A DNA stretch of 64,000 nt from Flavobacteriales bacterium (GCA_965661345.1 CBFIDK010000001.1:74543-138542); one strand, 5' to 3'; shown: positions 38,450 through 50,153, counted from the first letter of the stretch. Translations and numbers: made by a program. Notes: generated from the sequence alone by a model not told the origin.

Positions 38450-39375
38450 AAAAAGTACTTTTCATTGACACCGTTCATCCCGTTCTTTGGGAAGAATTAG
38501 AAAAAGATGGGTTCCATTGCGTTGAAGCCTACAGTTTAAGTAAAGAAGAAATTCAAGACATTGCTTCAAATGTATATGGGTTAGTCATTCGCTCACGGTT
38601 TAAAATTGACCATACGTTTTTAGATGCTTTTAACGACTTAAAATTCATAGCACGTGCTGGCTCAGGCATGGAAAACATAGACGAAGATTACGCTAAATCA
38701 AAAGGTATTTCATGTTTGAATGCACCTGAAGGAAACCGTCAAGCAGTTGCTGAACATGCTGTAGGAATGCTATTAAGCCTATTCAATAAACTAAATATTG
38801 CCGATAGTGAAGTGCGAAAAGCGTTGTGGAAAAGAGAGGAAAATAGAGGAGTCGAAATTGAAGGCAAAACCATAGGGATTATTGGCTACGGAAATAACGG
38901 CAAGGCATTTGCCAAAGTACTTCAGGGTTTTAACTGCCAAGTCTTAGGGTATGATAAATACCTCAACAATTTTGATGACGATTATTGCACTCCATCAAAT
39001 ATGGATACTATATTTGAGAAAGCTGATATTCTAAGTCTGCACATTCCACTGACTAAAGAAACGCACTATTTAGTAAACACCCTATTCTTAAACCAATTTA
39101 AAAAGAACATTTACCTTATAAATACATCAAGAGGGCAATGCGTTCATACCTCTGAACTCTTAGACGCCATGCAAGATGGTAAAGTATTAGGCGCTTGTTT
39201 GGATGTGTTGGAATACGAAAAGACCTCATTTGAAAATCTAGAAAATTCCGAAAATTTTAAACGGCTAACCCAATCCGAAAAAGTCATTTTATCGCCACAT
39301 ATTGCTGGCTGGACAGTAGAAAGCAAATTTAAATTGGCAAGCGTACTCCTAAACAAAATTCGGCAACTGCATTAG
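38446..39375 (+). CDS. D-isomer-specific 2-hydroxyacid dehydrogenase (phosphoglycerate-dehydrogenase-like), NAD-binding
   Basis: 309 aa with GIIGYGNNGKAFAKVL (GxGxxG) and the catalytic region ILSPHIAGWT. Confidence 0.8.
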   Translation: MKKVLFIDTVHPVLWEELEKDGFHCVEAYSLSKEEIQDIASNVYGLVIRSRFKIDHTFLDAFNDLKFIARAGSGMENIDEDYAKSKGISCLNAPEGNRQAVAEHAVGMLLSLFNKLNIADSEVRKALWKREENRGVEIEGKTIGIIGYGNNGKAFAKVLQGFNCQVLGYDKYLNNFDDDYCTPSNMDTIFEKADILSLHIPLTKETHYLVNTLFLNQFKKNIYLINTSRGQCVHTSELLDAMQDGKVLGACLDVLEYEKTSFENLENSENFKRLTQSEKVILSPHIAGWTVESKFKLASVLLNKIRQLH

Positions 39376-41105
39376 TGAATAACAAAACGTTTTCTACTAA
39401 GTTTATCTCCAGATTTAATAGAGATAAAATATATCCCTTTTTCAAAATGCTCTAGATTAAATTTTTGTTGAATTTCTGTTGAATGTGATTCAAAAGCCTC
39501 TCTGTGAACAACTTGGCCAAAAGCATTAAACACCTCGGCTTGTATTGGAGAAGAATCACCAAAATCTGAAATACTAACCGTAAAATTACCGTCATTAGGA
39601 TTAGGGAAGATGCTAATTGGAAAACTGTTACCATCTCTAACACCAGCGTACCACCAAAATACCATAACACTATCCTTAACTAAACAACCATTACTATCGA
39701 TAGCCTCTAAGTAAATAACAATTTCTGTCCCATAGTTATTGGAAGCTGGGCTATATTCTATAAAATTAACTATTAAGGCTGAGTCATAATGATGAATAAT
39801 TGTATCAGCATAATAATATTCATAATAAAAATGGTAGGATTCGAAAGGCTCAATAGTTGTTAAAAAAACCTCATCATATGAATTCGGTTCAATAAGATGG
39901 ACACCTTCAATATGGATATTGGCACCTGTTTCTGTGTAAGTAGTATCTCCATTCAATCCCAATCCCACAGTAATAAAGTTCAGTTCTGGAACAACATAAT
40001 CCACTTCAACCGCTACTGTATCGGCATAGCATAAGTTATGCGCATAGAAATAAAAAGAAGTGTCCGACGTCGGAAAAACAAGAAGTTGTTGAGTGGTGTC
40101 GCCAGTATTCCAGGCATAAAAATCAGCACCACTTATCTGAGCGTCCAGTACTAAAGTATCTTGGTCATGGCAATACACAATGTTATTATCTAAATTAATA
40201 ATAAGAGAGTCATCATCATATAAGTCAATGGCATAAAAAAGCGTGTCGCTAAATAGTAGAGAGTCCGTGTGTATCCATGCCTTAAAATTATAGGTGCCCA
40301 CCTGCGATAAATCCACCGTTTGAGAAAACATAAATTCCAAACTATCTTGAATCGCTAAACTTTGATAAAGCGTATCATTTATAAGTATGCTGTCGTTAGT
40401 TTGAAGAAATACTACTAGCGTATCTGTTGAATTGGAATAACTGCTATTTATCAATTGAATGGTAAGGCTTTCGGTTGAAGATAAAACACATGAACTACTA
40501 TCCAATTGCAATTGACTTAACTCTACATTGTTCAAGCAAAAGTTTTGCTGAGTATTAATTTGCCCATAAGTCGATGAATCAGATTGCCATACAAAACCCG
40601 TATCCAAATTGCCCTGAAATTGTAAACTTGTTCCAATAGGGTCTCCATTTTGGAAAATGCCAATATCTTCAGAAACTGCTCCAGAAAACGGGCCGTTAGT
40701 TGCCGTTATTACGCCTTCATAACTGATAAACTGCACTAACATATTAGTACATAGATTATATAAAGCAATGCCGTCTCCTTGAGTTGTCGAGCCATTTTGT
40801 ATGGAAGACTTTGGGTAAAACAAAAATCCCATACCACAATCACTTTCGGGCATAATGGTATCTAAACTAATCGTGGCATAATATCCCCCGTCATTACCAT
40901 TAACAAAATATACTTTATAACAGGATAAATCAGTACCAGACAAAGCAGCGATTTCAATACCCTCCAAGTTATCAGCACCCAAATTATCATAATGGATTTC
41001 GTTAATAAAAACCGTGGTAGAGTCGTCTAATAAAAAAGAATTTTGAGAAAAACTTAAAAAAGGAAAAAGCAGTGCTAGAAGCAAATTTAAACGTTTCATG
41101 GGCAT
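39372..41105 (-). CDS. Secreted protein with an N-terminal lamin-tail-domain (LTD)-like module and a type-A T9SS C-terminal sorting domain
   Basis: 577 aa with a signal peptide (cleavage SFS|QN). The LTD-like segment reads VFINEIHYDNLGADNLEGIEIAALSGTDLSCYKVYF. The CTD reads ISIFPNPNDGNFTVSI...AEVFNAFGQVVHRE...KGIYFISIKSGDKLSRKRFVIH. Confidence 0.7.
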   Translation of the reverse strand: MPMKRLNLLLALLFPFLSFSQNSFLLDDSTTVFINEIHYDNLGADNLEGIEIAALSGTDLSCYKVYFVNGNDGGYYATISLDTIMPESDCGMGFLFYPKSSIQNGSTTQGDGIALYNLCTNMLVQFISYEGVITATNGPFSGAVSEDIGIFQNGDPIGTSLQFQGNLDTGFVWQSDSSTYGQINTQQNFCLNNVELSQLQLDSSSCVLSSTESLTIQLINSSYSNSTDTLVVFLQTNDSILINDTLYQSLAIQDSLEFMFSQTVDLSQVGTYNFKAWIHTDSLLFSDTLFYAIDLYDDDSLIINLDNNIVYCHDQDTLVLDAQISGADFYAWNTGDTTQQLLVFPTSDTSFYFYAHNLCYADTVAVEVDYVVPELNFITVGLGLNGDTTYTETGANIHIEGVHLIEPNSYDEVFLTTIEPFESYHFYYEYYYADTIIHHYDSALIVNFIEYSPASNNYGTEIVIYLEAIDSNGCLVKDSVMVFWWYAGVRDGNSFPISIFPNPNDGNFTVSISDFGDSSPIQAEVFNAFGQVVHREAFESHSTEIQQKFNLEHFEKGIYFISIKSGDKLSRKRFVIH

Positions 41106-41131
41106 AAGAATTTGAAACTAATATAAGAAAA

Positions 41132-42367
41132 TTAGTACACAAATTGAGCGGTTTCGTTACTCTTCTGTTCTAATAATAGTGATTTACCTGCAGAAACTCT
41201 AGAAATATCATTATCGCTATAGTGTCTAATGGTGCACAATGTAAGTCCATCAATATACTTTACCAAGTATCCCGATTCTAGTTCTTTTATCAAGGCTGGC
41301 ACTTTCTGAATATCATTATCAGTACAAGCAGAAAAACTGACTGCCGTATTTTGCATTACGTTTATTCTTAACCCATATTTTGAAAATAAAGCGAAAATAT
41401 GACTCAAATGGTCTTCAACAATAAAGGATAAGTCTTTGGCAGAAATGGAAATTAATATTTGATTTTCTTTAATAATGTAAGAGGGCAAAAAAGGACGCAT
41501 TTCGGCATCTTCAAAAATAATTGTCCCTTCATTTTCAGGCTTAATAAACGACTTTACTCGAAGAGGTATGTTTTTTTCTTTTAACGGCTGAATGGTCTTA
41601 GGGTGTATAACCTTTGCGCCGAAATAAGCCAACTCAATAGCTTCTGAGAATGATAATTGATGAAGTAACTGAGCATCATCAAAATAACGCGGGTCAGCAT
41701 TTAACATGCCGTCAACATCTTTCCAAATTACAACCTCATCGGACTCCAAAACGAATGATAATATAGCGGCTGTAAAGTCAGAACCCTCACGACCTAAAGT
41801 CGTGGTGAAATTTTCAGAAGTGCAACCAATGAAACCCTGAGTAATATAAATACCTTTTGGCGAAATGAATTTGCGAATTAATTCAGTTGTTAACTCCCAA
41901 TCAAGCCTAGCATTTCTAAAAGTATTATCTGTTCTGATAATATCCCTTGCATCAATCCAGCTGTTTTCATACCCTTTTAAACTCAGAAAAGCACTCACAA
42001 TTTTAGTAGATAATAACTCACCAACAGAAACGATTTGATCGTATTCATAATCATAAGTCGAGGTTGGCGCATCTTCAATAGCCCATTCTATTTCGACAAA
42101 TAAATTATTCACTTCATCATAAATGGAATGATTTTCTGGAAACAGTTCCTTAATAATAGAGAAATGGTAGTTTTTCACATCATCCAACGAAGGAGATTTG
42201 CCATTGACATAATCATTAACGACATCCTCTAGCATATTAGTTATTTTTCCCATTGCAGAAATAACAATTACCTTATCGTTGTTTTTATCTTCTTTTAGAA
42301 TTGAAAAGACATTTCGAACACCATTGGCATCTTTGACTGAGGCTCCTCCAAATTTATATACCTTCAT
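41132..42367 (-). CDS. lysC: Aspartate kinase (monofunctional)
   Basis: 411 aa with MKVYKFGGASV and C-terminal ACT-like repeats. Confidence 0.9.
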   Translation of the reverse strand: MKVYKFGGASVKDANGVRNVFSILKEDKNNDKVIVISAMGKITNMLEDVVNDYVNGKSPSLDDVKNYHFSIIKELFPENHSIYDEVNNLFVEIEWAIEDAPTSTYDYEYDQIVSVGELLSTKIVSAFLSLKGYENSWIDARDIIRTDNTFRNARLDWELTTELIRKFISPKGIYITQGFIGCTSENFTTTLGREGSDFTAAILSFVLESDEVVIWKDVDGMLNADPRYFDDAQLLHQLSFSEAIELAYFGAKVIHPKTIQPLKEKNIPLRVKSFIKPENEGTIIFEDAEMRPFLPSYIIKENQILISISAKDLSFIVEDHLSHIFALFSKYGLRINVMQNTAVSFSACTDNDIQKVPALIKELESGYLVKYIDGLTLCTIRHYSDNDISRVSAGKSLLLEQKSNETAQFVY

Positions 42368-42841
42368 TTAGAATGTGAATTTTTTAAGTTGATTATACGT
42401 AAGTTTTCCATTATACCAATCTGAACTAATTTCAGAATTATATTTTTTATAAAATCTAATAGCATCTTTGTTCCAGTCTAATACCTGCCAAATCATTCCC
42501 TTGACATCTAAGGCTTTGGCTATTCTAATGGTCTCTTCAAAAAGCAATGCGCCAATACCCTTGTTCCTAAACGATGCCTTAACCACGAAATCTTCTAAAA
42601 ACAGAAAACGCCCCTTCCAAGTCGAGTACCGAATAAAGTAAAACGATAAACCAATTATTTCGCCTTCACTTTCTGCTACAATAAACCAATAATATGGGTG
42701 ATCACCAAAGCCATCTTTCTCCAAATCTTCTAAGGTAACGGTTACTTCATTGAGCGCTTTTTCATACTCTGCCAATTCCTTTATCAATTCCAAAACCGAA
42801 GGAAGGTCGGATTGAATACCTTTTCTAATTACTACTTCCAT
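42368..42841 (-). CDS. GNAT N-acetyltransferase of the spermidine/spermine (SSAT)/thialysine acetyltransferase type
   Basis: 157 aa. The blocks VLELIKELAEYEKA, LEKDGFGDHPYYWFIVAE, YSTWKGRFLFLEDFVV, RNKGIGALL and VLDWNKDAIRFYKK parallel mammalian SSAT as I recall it. Its stop abuts the aspartate kinase start. Confidence 0.7.
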   Translation of the reverse strand: MEVVIRKGIQSDLPSVLELIKELAEYEKALNEVTVTLEDLEKDGFGDHPYYWFIVAESEGEIIGLSFYFIRYSTWKGRFLFLEDFVVKASFRNKGIGALLFEETIRIAKALDVKGMIWQVLDWNKDAIRFYKKYNSEISSDWYNGKLTYNQLKKFTF

Positions 42842-42924
42842 ATCGAATAGAGGGCAAAGTTAATTATTTTTGAGTGCTATTTTTTATTTAAAAATTCGAT
42901 ATTTGCTAAATATTTAAAGTTGAA

Positions 42925-43923
42925 ATGAGCAAAATCACAACACTAGCAGAATTTATTACCGAGCAACAAATCTTAAAACCTGAAGCTACTGGAAATCTTA
43001 CGCGCTTGTTGTACGACATTTCAATAGCCGCCAAAATTGTAAATAGAGAAATAAACAAAGCTGGCCTTGTAGATATACTTGGTGAAATTGGCGATGAAAA
43101 CGTTCAGGGTGAGTCAGTAAAAAAGTTGGATATTTATGCCAACGACGCTTTTATTTCCTCTTTGAATGCCGGTGGACAATGCGCCGCAATTGCCTCAGAA
43201 GAAAATGAAGATATCATTGTATTAGATGGTGCTAATGCTGAAAAAGGGAGGTACCTTGTTTGCATGGATCCTCTTGACGGCTCATCAAATATAGATGTGA
43301 ATGTGTCAGTAGGGACAATTTTCTCCGTTTTAAAAAGAAAAGAAACAAACGTAAAAGTTACTGAAAAAGAATTTTTTGTTGCAGGAACCGAACAAGTAGC
43401 TGCTGGATATGTTATTTATGGCTCATCTACCATGTTGGTGTATACCACAGGTAATGGTGTAAATGGTTTTACGCTTGATCCCTCTATCGGCGAGTTTTGC
43501 CTCTCCCACCCTAACATTAAAACGCCTTTGAATGGAGAAATTTTCTCTATCAATGAAGCTAACGAAAAGGTTATGCCCGAAGGCGTTAGAAAATACGCTC
43601 AATTCTGTCACGAAACTAAAGACGGTAAACGAACACATACAGCCCGTTTCATGGGCTCCTTAGTTGCTGACTTTCATAGAAATATGCTTAAAGGCGGCAT
43701 CTACATTTATCCAAACACTAATGCCGCTCCTCTTGGAAGGCTCCGTCTTTTATACGAATGCTCTCCCCTAGCATGGATTATCGAAGAAGCTGGCGGAAAA
43801 GCATCAGACGGCTTTAAGAGAATATTGGATATTGAGGCAAGCGATTTACACCAAAGAGTACCATTCTTCATTGGCTCTACTGAAATGGTTGAGAAGGCCG
43901 AAAAATTCATGCAGGATAATTGA
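42925..43923 (+). CDS. fbp: Fructose-1,6-bisphosphatase class 1
   Basis: 332 aa with [21 protein letters not shown] and GGIYIYP. Confidence 0.9.
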   Translation: MSKITTLAEFITEQQILKPEATGNLTRLLYDISIAAKIVNREINKAGLVDILGEIGDENVQGESVKKLDIYANDAFISSLNAGGQCAAIASEENEDIIVLDGANAEKGRYLVCMDPLDGSSNIDVNVSVGTIFSVLKRKETNVKVTEKEFFVAGTEQVAAGYVIYGSSTMLVYTTGNGVNGFTLDPSIGEFCLSHPNIKTPLNGEIFSINEANEKVMPEGVRKYAQFCHETKDGKRTHTARFMGSLVADFHRNMLKGGIYIYPNTNAAPLGRLRLLYECSPLAWIIEEAGGKASDGFKRILDIEASDLHQRVPFFIGSTEMVEKAEKFMQDN

Positions 43924-46900
43924 AATCATCAGACCTAAAAGACGTTTATAAAAACCACCCGTGTTTTACATCCATTACTAAGTGTTTTGAAAAAAATGCT
44001 TCAGCAAAATTTCACGTTAAAAATTTAATCGGTGCTCAAAGTGCACTAATAGCCTCTCAAAGTGTCAAATCGGTTAGGCGTCCTCAATTTTTTATTTTAA
44101 ACGACAAAGAAGAAGCCGCCTACTTCCTCAATGATCTTGAAACATTACTTCAAAAAAAAGTGCTGTTTTATCCAAGCTCATACAGAAGACCCTATCAACT
44201 TGAAGAAACGGATAATGCCAACATTCTTTTAAGGACCGAAGTATTAAACAGTCTTAACCACAAAAACTTACCGATAATAGTAAGTTATCCTGAAGCTATT
44301 TTTGAAAAGGTAATCAGTCAAGAACAGCTTAAAAACAATTCACTAGACATACAAACAAACGATAGCATTTCAATTGATTTCTTAAACGATTGCCTACAAG
44401 AATATCATTTCGAAATGGTCGATTTTGTAATTGAGCCTGGGCAATATTCTATAAGAGGTGGCATCGTAGATATTTTTTCTTTTTCGAATGAGCTACCCTA
44501 CAGAATTGAGTTCTTTGACGAAGAGGTTGAAAGCATCAGAACCTTTGATATTAACAGCCAACGCTCAAAGGAAAAACAAAAAAAAATTAGCATTGTCCCT
44601 CGTTTTCCAGTATTTAGCGATAATTCACAAGAAAGTATTTTAGAGTTTCTTCCCAAGAATTCAAAAATATGGATTATTGATACGGAAGCAACCCAAGCAA
44701 AATTGAATGATTTCTTCGAAAAGGCTAATACGCATTTCCAAAGCATCAAAGAAAATACCATCAAACACATTGAGCCTGAAAAATTATTTTTAGATGGTGA
44801 TAATTTCATCAGACAACTGCATGGCTTTGGAGTAGTGGAATTTGGCAATCAATTTTTCTTTAAAGCAGACGATTCTTACGAATTTCGTTCTTCGCCTCAA
44901 CCGGTTTTTAATAAACAGTTTGATTTACTAATCGACGATTTAGAAGACTCCCATACCAAAGGATATAGCAACTTTATTCTGTGTTCTGGCAAAGAACAAA
45001 TAAATCGATTCGATAGCATCATAAAAGATTTTGAAAAAGAAGTCCATTTTACGCCCATACTTCTAAGTCTTAGTAAAGGATTTATCGACCATCAAGAAAA
45101 AATATGTTTCTACACAGATCATCAAATTTTCGAGCGATATCATAAATTTCATCTAAAGACAAGTTTCGCCAATAATAATGCCATTACACTTCAGCAACTA
45201 AGCAACTTGCAACCTGGAGATTACGTGACACACATTGACCACGGTATTGGGAAATTTGCTGGATTACACACCATTGATATAAATAATAAAAAACAAGAAG
45301 CTATAAAGCTAATTTATAAAGATAATGACACCTTATTCATAAGTATTCATTCCTTACATAAAATTGCAAAATACAGCGGTAAAGATGGTGCAGAACCCAA
45401 AACAAACAAACTTGGATCAGGAGCTTGGCAAAAAACTAAAGCCAAAACAAAAAGTAGGGTAAAAACAATTGCCTACGACCTCATACAACTATATGCCAAA
45501 CGTAAAGAACAAAAAGGATTTGAATTCTCTCCTGATAGCTTTTTACAACATGAACTCGAAGCTTCCTTTATGTTTGAAGATACACCTGACCAATTCAAGG
45601 CTACGCAGGATATCAAAAGGGACATGGAACACAGCATGCCAATGGACAGACTAATTTGTGGAGATGTAGGGTTTGGAAAAACGGAAGTTGCAATACGAGC
45701 AGCCTTCAAAGCAGTTGCAGATAACAAACAAGTAGCCGTACTAGTACCAACTACTATTCTAGCTATGCAACATGCTAAAACATTCAAAAAAAGATTGAAA
45801 GGCTTGCCCTGTAAAGTTGATTATATAAATCGATTTAGAACCGCTAAAGAGCTAAGAGAAACTTTGAAAGCAACAGCAAATGGTGAAGTTGATATCTTAA
45901 TCGGTACGCACAGAATTGTTGGAAAAGATGTCTCCTTCAGCGATTTAGGATTGCTCATTATTGATGAAGAACAAAAATTTGGAGTTGGGGTAAAAGACAA
46001 ATTAAAAACGTTCAAAGCTAATGTGGATACCTTAACGCTCACAGCTACACCTATACCCAGAACGCTGCAGTTTTCACTGATGGGAGCCAGAGACCTATCT
46101 GTTATCAATACGCCACCACCGAATAGGTATCCCGTAGAAACTGAAATTTGCACCTTTGATGAAGAAACCATTAGAGATGCCATTAGTTATGAAATTTCAA
46201 GAGGTGGCCAAGTCTATTTTGTTCATAATAGAATTGAAAACATAAAAGAAGTTGCTGGGCTAATTCAACGCCTTTGTCCTGACGCGAAAATTGGTATTGG
46301 GCATGGGCAAATGGATGGAAAGAAATTAGAAAGCCTCATGATTTCGTTTATGGAAAATGAGTTTGATATTTTAGTTTCAACAACAATTATTGAAAATGGA
46401 CTAGACATTCCAAATGCCAACACAATCATTATCAACAATGCCAATAACTTTGGACTAAGCGACCTTCATCAAATGCGTGGTCGTGTGGGAAGGTCCAACA
46501 AGAAATCATTCTGCTACCTCATCTCACCGCCAAATTATTCGCTAACAGCAGATGCCAGAAAACGACTGAACGCACTAGAGCAATTTTCAGAACTAGGTAG
46601 TGGATTTAACATTGCTATGCGTGACCTAGACATCAGAGGAGCGGGTGATTTATTGGGTGCTGAACAAAGTGGATTTATCAGTGACATAGGTTTTGAAATG
46701 TACCAAAAAATACTTGATGAAGCTATTTCAGAACTAAAGGAAGAAGAATTTAAGGAACTGTACGCTGACGAAAATAACAACGACTCTTTCGTTGATGATT
46801 GTCAATTGGATACCGATATGGAAATATTGATTCCAAACAATTATGTAAACAGTATAAGTGAAAGACTAAATCTTTACAATGAACTCGGAAGCTTTGAAAC

Positions 46901-47237
46901 AGAAGAGGATTTAGTAGAGTTTGAGGCTAAATTGTCCGATAGATTTGGACCAATTCCTGCCGAAGTAAACGAGTTAATTAAATCAGTAAAATTAAGGTGG
47001 TTAGCAAAGCAAATAGGTTTCCAAAGGCTTTCATTAAAAAACACTAACATGACTGGTTATTTTCCGCCACAAGACAGCCCCTACTTCCAATCTTCTCAAT
47101 TTGGAAAAATACTTGATTACCTAAAAAATAATCATCAAAACTGTGAAATGAAAGAGCTCAAAGGAAAACTAATCTTTAGAGTGAAAAACGTACTCAGTAT
47201 TCAAGAGGCGATATTATCGTGTGAGAAGCTAAAATAA
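43920..47237 (+). CDS. mfd: Transcription-repair coupling factor
   Basis: 1105 aa with a TTG start overlapping the fbp stop. It has Walker [12 protein letters not shown], the DEEQ box [11 protein letters not shown], helicase motif [11 protein letters not shown] and a central CarD/TRCF-like segment. Confidence 0.95.
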   Translation: MKSSDLKDVYKNHPCFTSITKCFEKNASAKFHVKNLIGAQSALIASQSVKSVRRPQFFILNDKEEAAYFLNDLETLLQKKVLFYPSSYRRPYQLEETDNANILLRTEVLNSLNHKNLPIIVSYPEAIFEKVISQEQLKNNSLDIQTNDSISIDFLNDCLQEYHFEMVDFVIEPGQYSIRGGIVDIFSFSNELPYRIEFFDEEVESIRTFDINSQRSKEKQKKISIVPRFPVFSDNSQESILEFLPKNSKIWIIDTEATQAKLNDFFEKANTHFQSIKENTIKHIEPEKLFLDGDNFIRQLHGFGVVEFGNQFFFKADDSYEFRSSPQPVFNKQFDLLIDDLEDSHTKGYSNFILCSGKEQINRFDSIIKDFEKEVHFTPILLSLSKGFIDHQEKICFYTDHQIFERYHKFHLKTSFANNNAITLQQLSNLQPGDYVTHIDHGIGKFAGLHTIDINNKKQEAIKLIYKDNDTLFISIHSLHKIAKYSGKDGAEPKTNKLGSGAWQKTKAKTKSRVKTIAYDLIQLYAKRKEQKGFEFSPDSFLQHELEASFMFEDTPDQFKATQDIKRDMEHSMPMDRLICGDVGFGKTEVAIRAAFKAVADNKQVAVLVPTTILAMQHAKTFKKRLKGLPCKVDYINRFRTAKELRETLKATANGEVDILIGTHRIVGKDVSFSDLGLLIIDEEQKFGVGVKDKLKTFKANVDTLTLTATPIPRTLQFSLMGARDLSVINTPPPNRYPVETEICTFDEETIRDAISYEISRGGQVYFVHNRIENIKEVAGLIQRLCPDAKIGIGHGQMDGKKLESLMISFMENEFDILVSTTIIENGLDIPNANTIIINNANNFGLSDLHQMRGRVGRSNKKSFCYLISPPNYSLTADARKRLNALEQFSELGSGFNIAMRDLDIRGAGDLLGAEQSGFISDIGFEMYQKILDEAISELKEEEFKELYADENNNDSFVDDCQLDTDMEILIPNNYVNSISERLNLYNELGSFETEEDLVEFEAKLSDRFGPIPAEVNELIKSVKLRWLAKQIGFQRLSLKNTNMTGYFPPQDSPYFQSSQFGKILDYLKNNHQNCEMKELKGKLIFRVKNVLSIQEAILSCEKLK

Positions 47238-47247
47238 AGTTAAAAGA

Positions 47248-48489
47248 CTATCGTCTTATCGCCTCTACAGGGTCAAGCTTTGAAGCCGATAAGGCTGGCA
47301 CGATACCCGAAACAATTCCAATTATAGCGGATACAGATAAGCCCAAAAGAATATTTTCAATTGACAATTCTATTCCAAAATCTGAAAAGTTATTTATAAC
47401 TAAAGTCAGTGCAAAAACTAGCAATAGACCTAATATACCGCCAATTAAACACAAAAAAACAGACTCAAACAAGAACTGATATAAGATAAAAGAATTCTTT
47501 GCCCCGAGAGATTTTTGTATGCCAATTAGCTTGGTACGTTCTTTTACTGAAACGAACATTATGTTTGCTATTCCAAAACCCCCAACTAAAATAGAGAAGC
47601 CTCCAATAATCCATCCTGCTAATCCGATTACAGAAAAAAGTCCATCTAATTGATTACTAATCAAACTAATTTCATTCATGGCAAAATTATTAGGCATGGT
47701 TGGCTTCAATCTTCTTATTGACCTCATAATTCCAGAAAGTTCATCTTTCATTTCGTCATTAGAAACGCCTAATTTGGCCTTGGCTATGATTGTTGGATTG
47801 CTACGCCTTTTATTCATCAGGCGCTGACCAAAAGTTACAGGCACCACTGCACTATTGTCCAATGAATTTCCAGTTATATCTTCGCCCTCAGGTGAAAATA
47901 CGCCAATGACAATGGCCTTTTCTCCTCTGATTTTTATGTTTTCTCCAAAGCAATCATAGTTATTGAATAACGCTCTAGCTACTTTACTGCCTAAAATAAC
48001 CTGATTTTTTCCACTTTCAATTTCTTGCTCGGTAAAATACCGCCCACTAATTAAATCAAAGCTTCTTATATCTTTCCAATCATAAGAAACAGCTGAAACA
48101 TCAACTCCTTCAATGCTGTTGTTGCCAAACTTTAACGTTCGGTTAGCACTATTCATAAACGCGATTGCTTGAGATTTTTGAGATTTTGAAGAAAGCTTTC
48201 GCATCTCAGAAATTTCAACCTCCGGTCTACTCATAAAATCCCACCATTTATACTCTCCACCATCAGATGAACCCCAAGGCCATTTCTGAATGTACAAAAC
48301 ATCACTGCCCAATTTATTAATGCTATCCCTCACATTTTTCTCTAAAGAATCAACAATAGTAAAAACCGTTATTACGGCTAAAATTCCAATAGTTACACCT
48401 AGTAAAGACAAAAAAGTACGTAACTTATTATTTACAATGGCATGCCAGGCAAACCGTAAACTTTCAGAAAATAATCGTAATAAAATCAT
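47248..48489 (-). CDS. ABC transporter permease, FtsX/MacB-like (no adjacent ATPase gene)
   Basis: The ORF track gives 47248..48546. The start ATG 48489 gives MILLRLFSESLRFAWHAIVNNKLRTFLS, the typical MacB/FtsX N-terminus. A periplasmic domain and three C-terminal TM helices follow. Confidence 0.8.
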   Translation of the reverse strand: MILLRLFSESLRFAWHAIVNNKLRTFLSLLGVTIGILAVITVFTIVDSLEKNVRDSINKLGSDVLYIQKWPWGSSDGGEYKWWDFMSRPEVEISEMRKLSSKSQKSQAIAFMNSANRTLKFGNNSIEGVDVSAVSYDWKDIRSFDLISGRYFTEQEIESGKNQVILGSKVARALFNNYDCFGENIKIRGEKAIVIGVFSPEGEDITGNSLDNSAVVPVTFGQRLMNKRRSNPTIIAKAKLGVSNDEMKDELSGIMRSIRRLKPTMPNNFAMNEISLISNQLDGLFSVIGLAGWIIGGFSILVGGFGIANIMFVSVKERTKLIGIQKSLGAKNSFILYQFLFESVFLCLIGGILGLLLVFALTLVINNFSDFGIELSIENILLGLSVSAIIGIVSGIVPALSASKLDPVEAIRR

Positions 48490-48621
48490 GTGTGAAAATA
48501 GGTGCTCAAAGATAATTAAAATAGTCTTAACGAAAGTTATTAACAAAGACTAAAAACCTTTAAATAGTGGTTGATTGTAAGATAGTAATTAGGTAATATT
48601 GCAGTATAACTGTCAAATTTC

Positions 48622-50142
48622 ATGAACAATTTTATTCAACCCAAAAATGCTTTAATTTCTGTTTTCTATAAAGACGGATTAGCACCAATTGTAGAAGAGT
48701 TAAGCCGATTAGGAGTAAATATTTATTCCACTGGAGGAACACAATCCTTTATTGAAGAGCTCGGAACAGAGGTTAATCGTGTAGAAGACTTAACTTCCTA
48801 CCCTTCAATCTTAGGAGGTCGGGTAAAAACATTACACCCAAAAGTATTTGGAGGCATCTTAAGCCGAAGAGAATTAGAATCTGATAATGAGCAGTTGAAA
48901 GAATATGATATTCCAGAGTTTGACATTGTCATTGTTGACCTTTATCCTTTTGAAGAAACCGTAGCTTCTGGAGCCGATGAGCAATCCATTATTGAAAAAA
49001 TTGATATCGGAGGAATCTCACTTATTAGGGCTGCAGCAAAAAACTTTAAAGACGTAGTGGTTATTTCTTCAAAAGACGATTATTCAGAGTTTCATTCTAT
49101 TCTAAAAGAAAAAAACGGAACGACAATCGAAGATCGAAGGCGTTTTGCAAAAAAGTCTTTTCACATATCGTCTCACTACGATAGCGCCATATTTTCATAC
49201 TTTGATGAAGATGACAACACAGCTTTTAAATTTAGTATGCCAGATGGTACCGTTCTCAGGTATGGAGAAAACCCTCACCAAAAAGGTGTTTTCTACGGCA
49301 ATTTAGATGGCTTTTTTGACCAACTTCATGGAAAAGCATTATCGTATAATAATTTGTTAGATGTTGACGCTGCTGTTCATCTTATCACAGAGTTTGAAGA
49401 CACTACTTTTGCAATTTTAAAACATAATAATGCATGTGGTATAGCATCTAGAAATAGTCTAAAGAAAGCCTATGTTGACGCTCTAGCAGGAGATCCTATT
49501 TCTGCTTTTGGCGGTGTACTCGTTTGCAACTCTGAACTTGACTTAGATACTGCAAATGAAATCAACACATTATTTTTTGAAATCATCATTGCTCCTTCAT
49601 ACCAAAATGAAGCGCTCGAAGTATTGAAATCTAAGAAAAATCGTATTATATTAGTGCAGAAGGAAACTGTTTTACCGAATAGGCAATTTCGCACAATACT
49701 AAATGGTGTCTTAGAACAAGAAAAAGACACAGTTATTGACAAAGCCGAAGGTATGAAAACGGTGACAGAGATTGAGCCAAGCGAACAACAATTGACCGAT
49801 TTAGAGTTTGCCAGTAAAGTGTGTAAAAACACTAAATCAAATGCAATTGTTCTAGTAAAGAACAATCAACTGTTGGCTAGTGGAGTAGGACAAACCTCTC
49901 GAGTTGACGCCTTAAAGCAAGCTATTGCAAAGGCAAGACAATTTGATTTTGAACTCGAAGGAAGTGTAATGGCGTCTGACGCATTCTTTCCGTTCGCTGA
50001 TTGTGTAGAAATAGCACACGATGCGGGCATAAAAGCAGTAGTACAACCTGGCGGGTCGATAAAAGACCAACTATCAATTGATTACTGTAATGAAAATAAA
50101 ATGGTTATGGTAATGACCGGAACTAGACACTTTAAACATTAA
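48622..50142 (+). CDS. purH: Bifunctional AICAR transformylase / IMP cyclohydrolase
   Basis: 506 aa with the MGS-like N-domain (ALISVFYKDGL, STGGTQSFI) and a C-terminal AICARFT domain ending in TGTRHFKH. Confidence 0.95.
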   Translation: MNNFIQPKNALISVFYKDGLAPIVEELSRLGVNIYSTGGTQSFIEELGTEVNRVEDLTSYPSILGGRVKTLHPKVFGGILSRRELESDNEQLKEYDIPEFDIVIVDLYPFEETVASGADEQSIIEKIDIGGISLIRAAAKNFKDVVVISSKDDYSEFHSILKEKNGTTIEDRRRFAKKSFHISSHYDSAIFSYFDEDDNTAFKFSMPDGTVLRYGENPHQKGVFYGNLDGFFDQLHGKALSYNNLLDVDAAVHLITEFEDTTFAILKHNNACGIASRNSLKKAYVDALAGDPISAFGGVLVCNSELDLDTANEINTLFFEIIIAPSYQNEALEVLKSKKNRIILVQKETVLPNRQFRTILNGVLEQEKDTVIDKAEGMKTVTEIEPSEQQLTDLEFASKVCKNTKSNAIVLVKNNQLLASGVGQTSRVDALKQAIAKARQFDFELEGSVMASDAFFPFADCVEIAHDAGIKAVVQPGGSIKDQLSIDYCNENKMVMVMTGTRHFKH

Positions 50143-50153
50143 AACTTAATAAT

